Source of the DNA: Candidatus Norongarragalinales archaeon
Lineage (GTDB): Archaea > Micrarchaeota > Micrarchaeia > Norongarragalinales > DASYRB01
Length of the DNA stretch: 64,000 nucleotides
Direction: 5' to 3'
Assembly (NCBI GenBank): GCA_036004805.1
Contig: DASYRB010000008.1
Location: 3,090-67,089 of the forward strand
The first letter of the stretch is position 1. Each line of letters starts with the position of its first letter. The notes under the pieces are model-generated. The model was not told the DNA's origin. It saw only the letters and a program-made list of their open reading frames with translations, and searched no databases. Position numbers and translations under genes: made by a program. Positions 42,606 to 50,271 of this stretch are shown piece by piece.

Positions 42606-42626
42606 CTCAACCTGAGGCACTGAAAA

Positions 42627-43400
42627 TTAACCTTTTTGTTTTTCGAGCGCGAACTCCATGCTTTCTTTTTTCGCGGTCTCCTGAATCATTAGCGATATTT
42701 TGTCGAGTGTTTTGTCGGCGGTCTTGAAGTCGCCCGCGCTGATGTCAATGTAGTAGGTCGGTGCGCCGATGTAGTGGACGAGTATTTTCGCCTTGGAAGG
42801 CATTTTTTGTATTTTTACTAGCGTGTTTTTGACGAGCTCGATGCCGTTCGGCGCCGTGCTGGATAGCGTGAGGATGCCGCGCATGTTGATCTCTTTCGGC
42901 TTTATCTCTGCCTTCGCGATGTCCGTGATCGCTGCGAGCCATTTCTCGCTTATTTTCGCGGCGGGCGCTGTGCCTTGCGAGATTTTTTCGAACGCGTCGT
43001 AGAGCGTGCCGAACTCTTCAGTTAGTGGCGCGCCTGCTTCTTTCATCGCGGCGTCCATCTTTTTGCCCATCTTTAGCGCGGCGCGTTCCAGCAGTTTGAC
43101 GGCTCGTTTCTCGTTGCTGTGCGACTCGATCTTGCGCTTCTTGTCCGCTTCCGAGACGCGTTTGAGTGAGAGGTCGATTTGGTGTTTTTCTTGGTCGATG
43201 CGTATGACTTCCGCAACGATCTTTTGTCCTTCTTTGACGTGGTCGCGAATGTTGCGGATCCATCCACTAGAGACTTCGGAGATGTGTACGAATGCTTCGA
43301 GGCCGTTGTATTCCTCTAGAGCGCAGAAGGCGCCGTAGGGCATGACTTTGCGTACGGTGGCGATGACGAACTCGTGGATCTCTGGATAAGGCTGGACCAT
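42627..43400 (-). CDS. eif2a: Translation initiation factor aIF2 alpha
   Basis: 257 aa. N-terminal S1 domain (GEFVIATVRKVMPYGAFCALEEYNGLEAFVHISEVSSGWIRNIRD), then the helical and alpha-beta domains. Confidence 0.92.
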   Translation of the reverse strand: MVQPYPEIHEFVIATVRKVMPYGAFCALEEYNGLEAFVHISEVSSGWIRNIRDHVKEGQKIVAEVIRIDQEKHQIDLSLKRVSEADKKRKIESHSNEKRAVKLLERAALKMGKKMDAAMKEAGAPLTEEFGTLYDAFEKISQGTAPAAKISEKWLAAITDIAKAEIKPKEINMRGILTLSSTAPNGIELVKNTLVKIQKMPSKAKILVHYIGAPTYYIDISAGDFKTADKTLDKISLMIQETAKKESMEFALEKQKG

Positions 43401-43469
43401 TGTTAGTATCTTAGAATAGGATTGGTCGAGGGGTCGTTAAAAAGAGGAAGGAAGAGAGAGAAGGGAGTT

Positions 43470-43631
43470 TTAGGACAGGATTTCTTGTATCGAGCAAGCG
43501 AGCAAGGCGTGTCCGCCTGAGGGTCGCACGATTTCTTGTCCGCATGACTTGCACTTGACGGAGCTCTTGGAGTCTCCGAAAACGATGCTTTCGTGTCCTT
43601 GGTCGCATTTTACGCGCAAAAACTTGCTCAT
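43470..43631 (-). CDS. rps27e: 30S ribosomal protein S27e
   Basis: Not in the ORF track (the track shows an Arg-rich ORF in another frame). Codon-by-codon hand translation: MSKFLRVKCDQGHESIVFGDSKSSVKCKSCGQEIVRPSGGHALLACSIQEILS*. Confidence 0.85.
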   Translation of the reverse strand: MSKFLRVKCDQGHESIVFGDSKSSVKCKSCGQEIVRPSGGHALLACSIQEILS

Positions 43632-43649
43632 TTTTCTTGAAAACCCTTT

Positions 43650-43886
43650 TTACATGTTCATGCTCCACATGAGCTTTTTGATGCCCATGAGGACGACGAA
43701 TAGTCCGACGAGTGTCCACGCGCTGACTGGCAGGTAGTTCAAAGCTTCCCTGCTGGAGAGGAGCAACAGTCCGGCGACGAGCTTGCCCGCGCCCCACATC
43801 TGCATGTGTTGCGGATTGCAGTACATATTGTCCCATTTTTCGTTCTTCGCGTTCGCGTTTCTCTTTGCCAATTCGACCAACCTCAA
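43650..43886 (-). CDS. Small two-TM membrane protein between rpl44e and rps27e, hypothetical
   Basis: 78 aa, with helices GKLVAGLLLLSS and WTLVGLFVVLMGI. Same strand, with tight spacing (13 nt after the rpl44e stop, 18 nt before the rps27e start). Confidence 0.45.
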   Translation of the reverse strand: MRLVELAKRNANAKNEKWDNMYCNPQHMQMWGAGKLVAGLLLLSSREALNYLPVSAWTLVGLFVVLMGIKKLMWSMNM

Positions 43887-43899
43887 AATTTTTTGTTTT

Positions 43900-44187
43900 T
43901 TAGCGAGCTACTTCGGCTTTCTTTTTTTGTCGGGTGCCAATCACGCGCTCGCTTTTCTTCTTGCAGTTCTGGCACTCTAGTATTAGTTTGTTCCTGGTGC
44001 CCTGTTTTTTTACCTTGGCTTTGCCCTTGACTTTGCCGTGGTAACCCATCAAGCGTCGGCTCATCTGCCTGCTTCTCCATGCGAGGGTGCGTCCCGCCTT
44101 GTACTTCTGCTGCACGGCTTTGACTTTGTGCACTTGGTGCTTGTTGCAGGTGACGCAATAGATGCGCATTTCGGCTGGAACTTTCAT
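43900..44187 (-). CDS. rpl44e: 50S ribosomal protein L44e (eL42)
   Basis: 95 aa: MKVPAEMRIYCVTCNKHQVHKV...LILECQNCKKK. Zinc-ribbon CxxC...CxxC and basic composition. Confidence 0.92.
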   Translation of the reverse strand: MKVPAEMRIYCVTCNKHQVHKVKAVQQKYKAGRTLAWRSRQMSRRLMGYHGKVKGKAKVKKQGTRNKLILECQNCKKKSERVIGTRQKKKAEVAR

Positions 44188-44241
44188 TTAGTATCAAAAT
44201 TCTCCTTCAAGTTTTTTCGGCAGCTTTTCGGGGGGATCCTT

Positions 44242-44817
44242 TTAGTTCGTTATCGCGCTCTCGAGGTTTTCGGCCGCTTGCTTCCTTATCAAAAGCTCTG
44301 CGGTTTGTTTGTCGAGGCTGATTTCTTGTTGCGCGGTAAAGGGCCCGCGTGTTTTGCCGTCAGCGGTGACGAACTCGGGCAAGTCTGCCAGGATTCGAAC
44401 GTTGACGAGTTCTTGGACGTTTTTCGGTTGCACGGCGCTCGTTGGGCTTGTTTTGCTTGAAGAGAGCGTTTTCGAGATTCCGTCCTCGTATTCTCTAAGA
44501 AGCTTGATTATCGCGATATATAAGTCCTTTTCCTCGGCGGCGAGCGCGCTGCTGTTGATTTGTCCCGCGCGCAGGTCCAGGACGGCTTTGAGCATTATTT
44601 TCTGTTCCCGCAGTTCCACGACGTTCTGGAGCGTCTTGATCGTGTTCTCGTATACTTTCACTTCTTCGAGGGAGAATTTTTGTTTCAAGTTGTCGCTTTG
44701 TTTTTGCAGGAATCCTTCGTAGCCTTTGTAGAACTCTTCATCAATCGGCGCGAGGACTGCGTAGTGTTTTTCTTGCAGGTGTACTTTGCGTAGCGCTTCG
44801 TAAGAGAGTTCTAGCAT
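44242..44817 (-). CDS. GINS subunit (Gins51/Gins15-like)
   Basis: 191 aa. N-terminal LSYEALRKVHLQEKHYAVLAPIDEEFYKGY is a GINS A-domain-like pattern. Lies directly downstream of priS, a linkage I recall being reported in other archaea. Confidence 0.6.
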   Translation of the reverse strand: MLELSYEALRKVHLQEKHYAVLAPIDEEFYKGYEGFLQKQSDNLKQKFSLEEVKVYENTIKTLQNVVELREQKIMLKAVLDLRAGQINSSALAAEEKDLYIAIIKLLREYEDGISKTLSSSKTSPTSAVQPKNVQELVNVRILADLPEFVTADGKTRGPFTAQQEISLDKQTAELLIRKQAAENLESAITN

Positions 44818-44854
44818 TTCTGGGGACCGCGAGAATTTTCGTTTGTTTTGTTTT

Positions 44855-46021
44855 TTAACTTGTTGTTGCGGGAACGAGTTTCGCTTTTCTTTTCAACAAC
44901 AAAAACGCTGCTAGCGCTTCGGGCACTTCGATGTTGCTGCCGTTCTTGATTTCAAAAGTCGCGTCGTTGAACTGCACGGCACCCTCGACGAACGTCCTGA
45001 CTAGGATCATTTTGGTCGTGGAGAAAGCCAAGGCGTGTTTTAGCGGGTCGAATTTTTCCGCATCGCTCCATGGCACGCGTTTCGCGATGAATCCGGTGTC
45101 GCCGTGAATCGTGTCCGGCAAGCGAATCAAACGCGCTGTGTCGTAGGTGACGGGCTTGTCTATTGGGACTGCGTTGGCTTGGACGGCTTTTTTGGCGATG
45201 TTGTGCGCGAGCTTTTCGAAGTTCTTGATGGGGTCCCAGTTTCCTTCATCCAAACGCTTGAGTACGTGTTGCTTGTTTTCTGAAATCATTTTCGCGAGCG
45301 GTGAACGCGCTCCAGCTGCTTTGAGTTTTTCTCCTTCCTGCTCGATCAGCGTCTTGGCGTACGAGTGGACGCGTTTTTTCCATCCCTTGCTTTTCGCAGA
45401 AGGCCCGCGTAGGATTTTGCCTTGTCGCGTGAAGAGTTTTTCCGGCGTGACGTCCGTGCCGAGAATATAGTCGGCGATTTTTTTGCGGGCGTTGGTGTCG
45501 AGTTCTTCGAACGCTTTCGAATGAACGTGAACGTGGAATCCCTTGGATCCTGAGAAGTTCAAATCCATTTCTTGTTTCGAGATGCCGAAGTCCTTTTCGA
45601 GAAACTCTTCCGCGAGACGCAGCGCGTCGCGCTTCACTCCTTCCAAGCAGCCTTCGCAGAGCATTGGTTGGTGTTTTTCGTGCGCGGGCGGAGTGTCGAG
45701 GTCGAAAACCAGCTCGGCGCCTCTCCAGCCTTTCTTGGGCATGGGTCTGCCTTCGGGCAGGTCGTAGAACGCGGTGCTGTAGGAAATGTACAACGGCAGT
45801 TCTTTGCGCAGATAGCCGAGCAACGCGTCTTCGCTTGCAAAACTTTTGTGTCGCAAGTCGATTTTCTTGGTGTGGCCGAAGCCGAACTCGCGTCTCGAGA
45901 CTTCCGAGGGCGGCTTGACGCCCTTGTTGTAATACTGAGAGATGCCTTTCAGCACGAACACGTGTTCGGGACTGCCGAGAAACGAGTCTTGCGTCGTGAA
46001 TGAGTTTTCTTGAGTCGTCAT
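44855..46021 (-). CDS. priS: DNA primase small (catalytic) subunit PriS
   Basis: 388 aa. Catalytic GAELVFDLD, SGSKGFHVHV, and downstream RLIRLPDTIHGDTG. Confidence 0.9.
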   Translation of the reverse strand: MTTQENSFTTQDSFLGSPEHVFVLKGISQYYNKGVKPPSEVSRREFGFGHTKKIDLRHKSFASEDALLGYLRKELPLYISYSTAFYDLPEGRPMPKKGWRGAELVFDLDTPPAHEKHQPMLCEGCLEGVKRDALRLAEEFLEKDFGISKQEMDLNFSGSKGFHVHVHSKAFEELDTNARKKIADYILGTDVTPEKLFTRQGKILRGPSAKSKGWKKRVHSYAKTLIEQEGEKLKAAGARSPLAKMISENKQHVLKRLDEGNWDPIKNFEKLAHNIAKKAVQANAVPIDKPVTYDTARLIRLPDTIHGDTGFIAKRVPWSDAEKFDPLKHALAFSTTKMILVRTFVEGAVQFNDATFEIKNGSNIEVPEALAAFLLLKRKAKLVPATTS

Positions 46022-46362
46022 TTTCCTTTGATTTTCACGATCGCTGATGAAATTTGCCCTACACTCCAGGGATCTTTTTCCTTTTTGAGTGCGGCTTCCA
46101 GGGCCGGAAGCGACTCTCTATTCCCTATGATTCTTAGGGCTTGGACAGCACTCCAACGCAGTTCTTGATTCTCGAGTGCTTTGACTAGGTGCGGTATTGC
46201 TGGCGTGCCTATGCGTACTAATGCTTGGATAGCTCCCCAACGTACTCTACCATCAAGGTGTCCGAGTGCCGGTACTACGGTTTCTGGTTTTTTGATTTTC
46301 GCGAGATGCGTCACAATCAAGTCATGATTGCCGGAGCGCATAAATTTCTCTAGCTTGCTCAT
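46018..46362 (-). CDS. HEAT-repeat mini-protein, 'MSKLEKF' family copy 2, embedded in the primase operon
   Basis: C-terminal 114 aa of track ORF 46018..47064: MSKLEKFMRSGNHDLIVTHLAKIKKPETVVPALGHLDGRVRWGAIQALVRIGTPAIPHLVKALENQELRWSAVQALRIIGNRESLPALEAAL... ATGA overlaps with both the priL stop and the priS start. Confidence 0.72.
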   Translation of the reverse strand: MSKLEKFMRSGNHDLIVTHLAKIKKPETVVPALGHLDGRVRWGAIQALVRIGTPAIPHLVKALENQELRWSAVQALRIIGNRESLPALEAALKKEKDPWSVGQISSAIVKIKGK

Positions 46363-47276
46363 TGTGTTCTTTTTTCGCGCAGTGCGGGTCGCGTGATGCA
46401 GTTGCTGCAGTAGGAGTCGATGAGTCCTTGTTCTTTCATGGTTTTGCATGAGAGGTTGATGCCGGAGTGTTTCATGACCCATGCGAGCGTGTTGAGCGCT
46501 TCGCTGGCAGTGTAGGGTTGTCCGCCTTTTTGGCAGGCTGTGGCGTAGTCGCGCACCACGTCGCGAGCTTGTTCCTGCGTCAATCCGTCTTTTGCGCAAG
46601 CGATGGAAACAGCCATGCATCCGTAGTAGCGCTTGCCTTCTCCCACGCCTTCGCGGATCGATTTGATGCAGTCGAGCTCGATGTGTTTGCCTTCGTATTG
46701 AGAAGCGATTCTTTCCTGTTTCGGCAGTGTTTCGCGCAGCTCGATCGCGCGTTGTTTCAGTAGTGGTGGTAGTTTTTTGTTGTCGATTTTTTGCAGGTCT
46801 TTTACCTTGTTCTCGATCGCGCGTTCGAAAAGCGAAATGAGTCCTTCGAGGTCTAAGTGCACGAGTCCGTTCTCGACTTCTTCGAGCGACAGGTCGGCTC
46901 CTGCGCTGGCGTGTTCTGCGACCGTGACGGTCCATTCGTTCTTTTCTTGCTTCAAGGAGGGGAAGAATTCTGTCGCGACGCGCAGCTGGTTCGTTGTGGA
47001 GTCTTTTTTGAAGAACTCGGTGGCGCGTTTCGACTCCCACTGCGCGTATTGTCGCGCGAGCCATTCGTCGTTCATCGCCGCGAGCAGGATGCGTGAGAGG
47101 GCGTAGCTGACGATGACTGCTTTGTCGTTGCTTTCGTGCACGGGCGCTTGCTTTAGCGCGGCGTCGACGCGTGTTTCGGCGTTCTTGATCTCTTCTTCCG
47201 TGACGTGCTCGACGTTCAGTTCTTGCAAGTAGCGTTTGGCTTGTGCCGTGAACGGGTAGCGTCCCTCAAAATCCAA
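46359..47276 (-). CDS. priL: DNA primase large subunit PriL
   Basis: 305 aa. Helical N-domain and a C-terminal Fe-S domain with Cys ligands (YGCMAVSIACAKDG...CQKGG...YCSNC). Confidence 0.85.
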   Translation of the reverse strand: MDFEGRYPFTAQAKRYLQELNVEHVTEEEIKNAETRVDAALKQAPVHESNDKAVIVSYALSRILLAAMNDEWLARQYAQWESKRATEFFKKDSTTNQLRVATEFFPSLKQEKNEWTVTVAEHASAGADLSLEEVENGLVHLDLEGLISLFERAIENKVKDLQKIDNKKLPPLLKQRAIELRETLPKQERIASQYEGKHIELDCIKSIREGVGEGKRYYGCMAVSIACAKDGLTQEQARDVVRDYATACQKGGQPYTASEALNTLAWVMKHSGINLSCKTMKEQGLIDSYCSNCITRPALREKRTQ

Positions 47277-47362
47277 TTAGAAAATCCCACCGAAGGAAGT
47301 CTAGGGCTTGCTGGTTCAATAAAACCCTTGGCCACCTCGCGCGCCGATGGTTCGGAAATAGG

Positions 47363-47370
47363 TTTTTATT
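47363..47370 (+). promoter_or_regulatory. TATA-like box (TTTTTATT) for gene 47395..47700
   Basis: Context is ataGGTTTTTATTCC, located 25-32 nt upstream of the ATG at 47395. Same motif and spacing as 47761 and 15949. Confidence 0.4.
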
Positions 47371-47394
47371 CCCCACGGCACGATGAATTGTTCT

Positions 47395-47700
47395 ATGGCA
47401 AAAATGACTTGGGACAGAGCGCTCGAGAGAGTATTGGACAAAGTGCCAAATCCTCACCCTAAGCTCGTGGCAAGCATCGTGAACCACCCGCGACCCGAAG
47501 CAAAGTTGAAAGAGCTGCTCTCGAAAGAGAACCTCAAAGACACTTTGAAACGCAACGCCGCGTGGCTCAAGACCTTGAAGTCCAAAGAGTCGAGAGCGGA
47601 AAAAGCGCGCATTACCGAGCGCAACGCGGCGCGGCTCAGGACTTTGAAGGAAGGAATCGAGAGAGCGGAAAAAGCGCACCTTAAACGCTTAACAGGCTAA
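47395..47700 (+). CDS. 'KVPNPHPKLV' family protein, copy 1 (101 aa)
   Basis: ORF 47383..47700 trimmed to MAKMTWDRALERVLDKVPNPHPKLV, which aligns residue for residue with the copy-2 start MKKMVYDEALNRLLRKVPNPHPKLV and fits the TATA spacing. Contains a 23-aa tandem duplication. Confidence 0.65.
   Translation: MAKMTWDRALERVLDKVPNPHPKLVASIVNHPRPEAKLKELLSKENLKDTLKRNAAWLKTLKSKESRAEKARITERNAARLRTLKEGIERAEKAHLKRLTG
47551..47688 (+). repeat. In-frame tandem duplication, 2 x 69 bp
   Basis: Unit 1 is 47551-47619 and unit 2 is 47620-47688. cgcaacgccgcgtggctcaagaccttgaag...gagagcggaaaaagcgcgc vs cgcaacgcggcgcggctcaggactttgaag...gagagcggaaaaagcgcac. They encode RNAAWLKTLKSKESRAEKARITE / RNAARLRTLKEGIERAEKAHLKR. 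Confidence 0.8.
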
Positions 47701-47760
47701 ACTCCCCAAAAAATTCTTTTTCTTCTATTCTAGCTTAGCGCTCGCTTTGGATTCTAAAGG

Positions 47761-47768
47761 CTTTTATT
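47761..47768 (+). promoter_or_regulatory. TATA-like box (CTTTTATT) for gene 47793..48272
   Basis: Context is aaaGGCTTTTATTCA, located 25-32 nt upstream of the ATG at 47793. Confidence 0.4.
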
Positions 47769-47792
47769 CATCAGTATTACCTTATTGATTTT

Positions 47793-48272
47793 ATGAAAAA
47801 AATGGTTTACGACGAAGCACTTAATCGACTTTTGAGAAAAGTGCCCAACCCACACCCCAAACTGGTTGATGTTGTTATTACTCACCCGAATCCTGAAGCT
47901 AAACTGAAAGAGCTTCTTTCGAAGGCCAACCTTGGGGAAACTTTGAAACGCAATAGAGCGTGGCTCAAGGCGTTCCCGGCTAAGCCAGGAAAACCACTTA
48001 CAGAAAGAGATAAAATTGAAGGTGAGGCACTCGAATTACTTTTCAAGAAAGTAAAAAGCGATGTACACCCGGCATTGATGGTGCACGTGATGGATCACTC
48101 GGACCCTAAAGCTGCCGTGCAGACTTTGCTCGCGCATCCACGAGAACTTTATAAAATCAATCGCACACTTGGATCTTCTAAACAGAACATGCGATTTGGA
48201 AGGCTTTCCGTACCTACAAATCGTAAGGTACTTTCTAGACTCCGTTCTTTAACCGCACTAGAGAAGCAATAA
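47793..48272 (+). CDS. 'KVPNPHPKLV' family protein, copy 2 (159 aa, two modules)
   Basis: Residues 1-60 are roughly two-thirds identical (by-eye alignment, not computed) to copy 1. A second degenerate module (EALELLFKKVKSDVHPALMVHVMDHSDPKAAVQTLLAHP) repeats the first (EALNRLLRKVPNPHPKLVDVVITHPNPEAKLKELLSKA). Confidence 0.65.
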   Translation: MKKMVYDEALNRLLRKVPNPHPKLVDVVITHPNPEAKLKELLSKANLGETLKRNRAWLKAFPAKPGKPLTERDKIEGEALELLFKKVKSDVHPALMVHVMDHSDPKAAVQTLLAHPRELYKINRTLGSSKQNMRFGRLSVPTNRKVLSRLRSLTALEKQ

Positions 48273-48287
48273 AAAATTTAGAGCTTC

Positions 48288-49034
48288 CTACGCGGTCTCT
48301 ACGCGAGGCGCCAAGTAGTAGGCGAGTTTGGCGAGTCCGACGTTGTAAGCGATGCGTACGGGCGCGTCCGTTTTCAGGGAGACTTCGATGTGTTCGCCGT
48401 CTTGGCAAGCGCGCGTCATGTCGTCAAGGTATTCAAATGGATACATCGCGCGTGATTTGCCGTGCACCTTCATTTCGCTGATCTTGCCGCCGTCCTTCTT
48501 CGTTTCAATTCTCAGGTCTCCGCTGTCGCCGTGCGCTTCGACGACGAGTTCGGAGTCGTCGGCTTGCAGCACGACGTGGCTCGAGAGCAAGCCTGCGTCT
48601 TTCAGCATTTCTTTGAATGAAGATCCCTCAATTTTGATCGTAGAGTCGAATTGTATTTTGGGCTCGCGGGGAAGTGGCGTGTTGAGGTCGAGTAGTGGCA
48701 GTTTGAAGTGTCGTTTGCTCGCGCCCGAAAATTCCAATTCGAGCTTGTTGTCCTTTTCCTCGAGCGAGATGTTGAGCTTGTCGTCGGTTCGTACGCGCGC
48801 GAGAATCTTGCTGAGGTCTACGAGGTTGACGGCGATGGTTTGTTCGTGGTCCGCGTCGATCTTCTTGAACGCTTCTTTCGGCAGTGTGAAGTCGATCATG
48901 GCGATCTGCGACGGGTCCATGGTGCGCAGGTGTATGCCATGGCTCGTGACTTGGAAGCTGCCTTCGTCGACGAGGTTGACGATGGCGTCGATGCATTGTT
49001 TGAAGAACTTGGCGTCTTCGATGACTAATTCCAC
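48288..49034 (-). CDS. pcn: DNA polymerase sliding clamp PCNA
   Basis: Track ORF 48288..49151 has an implausible N-extension. GTG at 49034 gives M-ELVIEDAKFFKQCIDAIVNLVDEGSFQV... (248 aa, typical PCNA). GTG at 49050 is the alternative start. Confidence 0.9.
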   Translation of the reverse strand: MELVIEDAKFFKQCIDAIVNLVDEGSFQVTSHGIHLRTMDPSQIAMIDFTLPKEAFKKIDADHEQTIAVNLVDLSKILARVRTDDKLNISLEEKDNKLELEFSGASKRHFKLPLLDLNTPLPREPKIQFDSTIKIEGSSFKEMLKDAGLLSSHVVLQADDSELVVEAHGDSGDLRIETKKDGGKISEMKVHGKSRAMYPFEYLDDMTRACQDGEHIEVSLKTDAPVRIAYNVGLAKLAYYLAPRVETA

Positions 49035-49144
49035 TGAAAAATTTTCCACCTGCGAAAAACTTTGAGCTCGCAATAAAGCGCGCCCGAGTAACCAAGCAAT
49101 TGCGAAGCGAGGTTTTAAACCTTGCGAGAGCAAATCCCCTCCAA

Positions 49145-49492
49145 ATGTCAAAGCTCGAGCGGTTTTTTCTCGTAGGCCACCCGAAGCTCGTTTTGCGTCA
49201 CCTCAAGCGAGTCAAGAAGTTTGAGACGCTAAATGCCGCGCTTGATCATCAAGACTCGCGAGTTAGACAGGTTGCTGCCAAAAAGCTGGCCAATCTTGGC
49301 ACCGATCAAGCGGTTTCTCGTATTGATCGTTTCATAAACGAAGAGATAGCGCGCAGTTCAACTTTTCCATCTTATCTTGAAAATCTGCACGAGAAAGCTA
49401 AAGGCCGCGCTGCCAGGCGTTTTTTTGCGGATCTTTTGCAGCAAAAACTTAGACGTCTGCTGGATAGGGTTCGAGCCGGGAAAAAAGCTTAG
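49145..49492 (+). CDS. HEAT-repeat mini-protein, 'MSKLEKF' family copy 3
   Basis: ORF 49100..49492 trimmed to the ATG at 49145: MSKLERFFLVGHPKLVLRHLKRVKKFETLNAALDHQDSRVRQVAAKKLANLGTDQAV... Divergent from pcn. Confidence 0.65.
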   Translation: MSKLERFFLVGHPKLVLRHLKRVKKFETLNAALDHQDSRVRQVAAKKLANLGTDQAVSRIDRFINEEIARSSTFPSYLENLHEKAKGRAARRFFADLLQQKLRRLLDRVRAGKKA

Positions 49493-50271
49493 CGCGTGAC
49501 GCGCGTGTCGCAGCCTGGTGGGCTGTCGAATTGCAGGAACAGGAATAGTTTGAGGTAGCCGAGGTAGGGTATGCGGAAGAGGACTTTGCCGTGGACGTTT
49601 TCTTGCGTTACGAGGGCGATTCGTGCTTCTTGGTCGGCTGCGGGGTTGTTGTCGCCCATCGTGAACAAGTAGACCTGTCCCGTTGCGGTGTTTCTGAGCT
49701 TGAGGAACGCGCGGTGAATGATGAGGCCGAGGTTCGAGGGCTGCGGGTCGTAAACAATGATGTCGTTCGTCTTGTCGAACGCGAACGACTGCCCATTCAC
49801 TATAAGGCCGCTGGTGCAGTTGGTCGCGAACGATTGCGAGCCGCGCGCTATCGTGCAAGCGCTCTTCTGTACACGTACGGTCGGAATGCTGCCCGTGAAC
49901 TGCGCTTCGGGCGCTTTGATCGCTCCACCCTGCAGCACGATCAGGTCTCCGCGTTCGAGGGCGGGAACCATGCTGCATGACGTCACGACATCTAGTGGTG
50001 AAGAAGTCTGTAGAATGAATGAGAGCGCGGCCCATACGGCGAGCGCTGCTACGAAAGCGATCACTACGTCCACCACGCTGCGCGTGAGTTCTTTCTGTGT
50101 CGCTTTCTGTGGCAACAGGTCGTAAAGGAACAGGTAGGCGATGGCGGCGAACGCGACGACTGCGAAGGCCGGTTGTGGCGCGATAACGTAAGCACCGATC
50201 GCTAGAACGAGAACCGCGACGGCCCAGTAAGAATAGGGAAAGCCGTAGAGCGTGCGTTGTTGCTGCTTCAT
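49489..50271 (-). CDS. Signal peptidase I, archaeal/ER type (S26B)
   Basis: 260 aa. TM helices, then VVTSCSMVPALERGDLIVLQG (catalytic Ser box), HRAF, and GDNN box FTMGDNNPAADQ. Confidence 0.85.
   Translation of the reverse strand: MKQQQRTLYGFPYSYWAVAVLVLAIGAYVIAPQPAFAVVAFAAIAYLFLYDLLPQKATQKELTRSVVDVVIAFVAALAVWAALSFILQTSSPLDVVTSCSMVPALERGDLIVLQGGAIKAPEAQFTGSIPTVRVQKSACTIARGSQSFATNCTSGLIVNGQSFAFDKTNDIIVYDPQPSNLGLIIHRAFLKLRNTATGQVYLFTMGDNNPAADQEARIALVTQENVHGKVLFRIPYLGYLKLFLFLQFDSPPGCDTRVTR

Noticed and set aside
46363-47064. N-terminal 234 aa of track ORF 46018..47064 (extremely Arg-rich: RRDRILPLLEARKERMDRHGRRTRQRRSRP...)
   Set aside because: It lies out of frame over the well-supported priL gene and has non-protein-like composition. 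Only the last 114 codons (MSKLEKF..., a HEAT repeat with paralogues) are credible.
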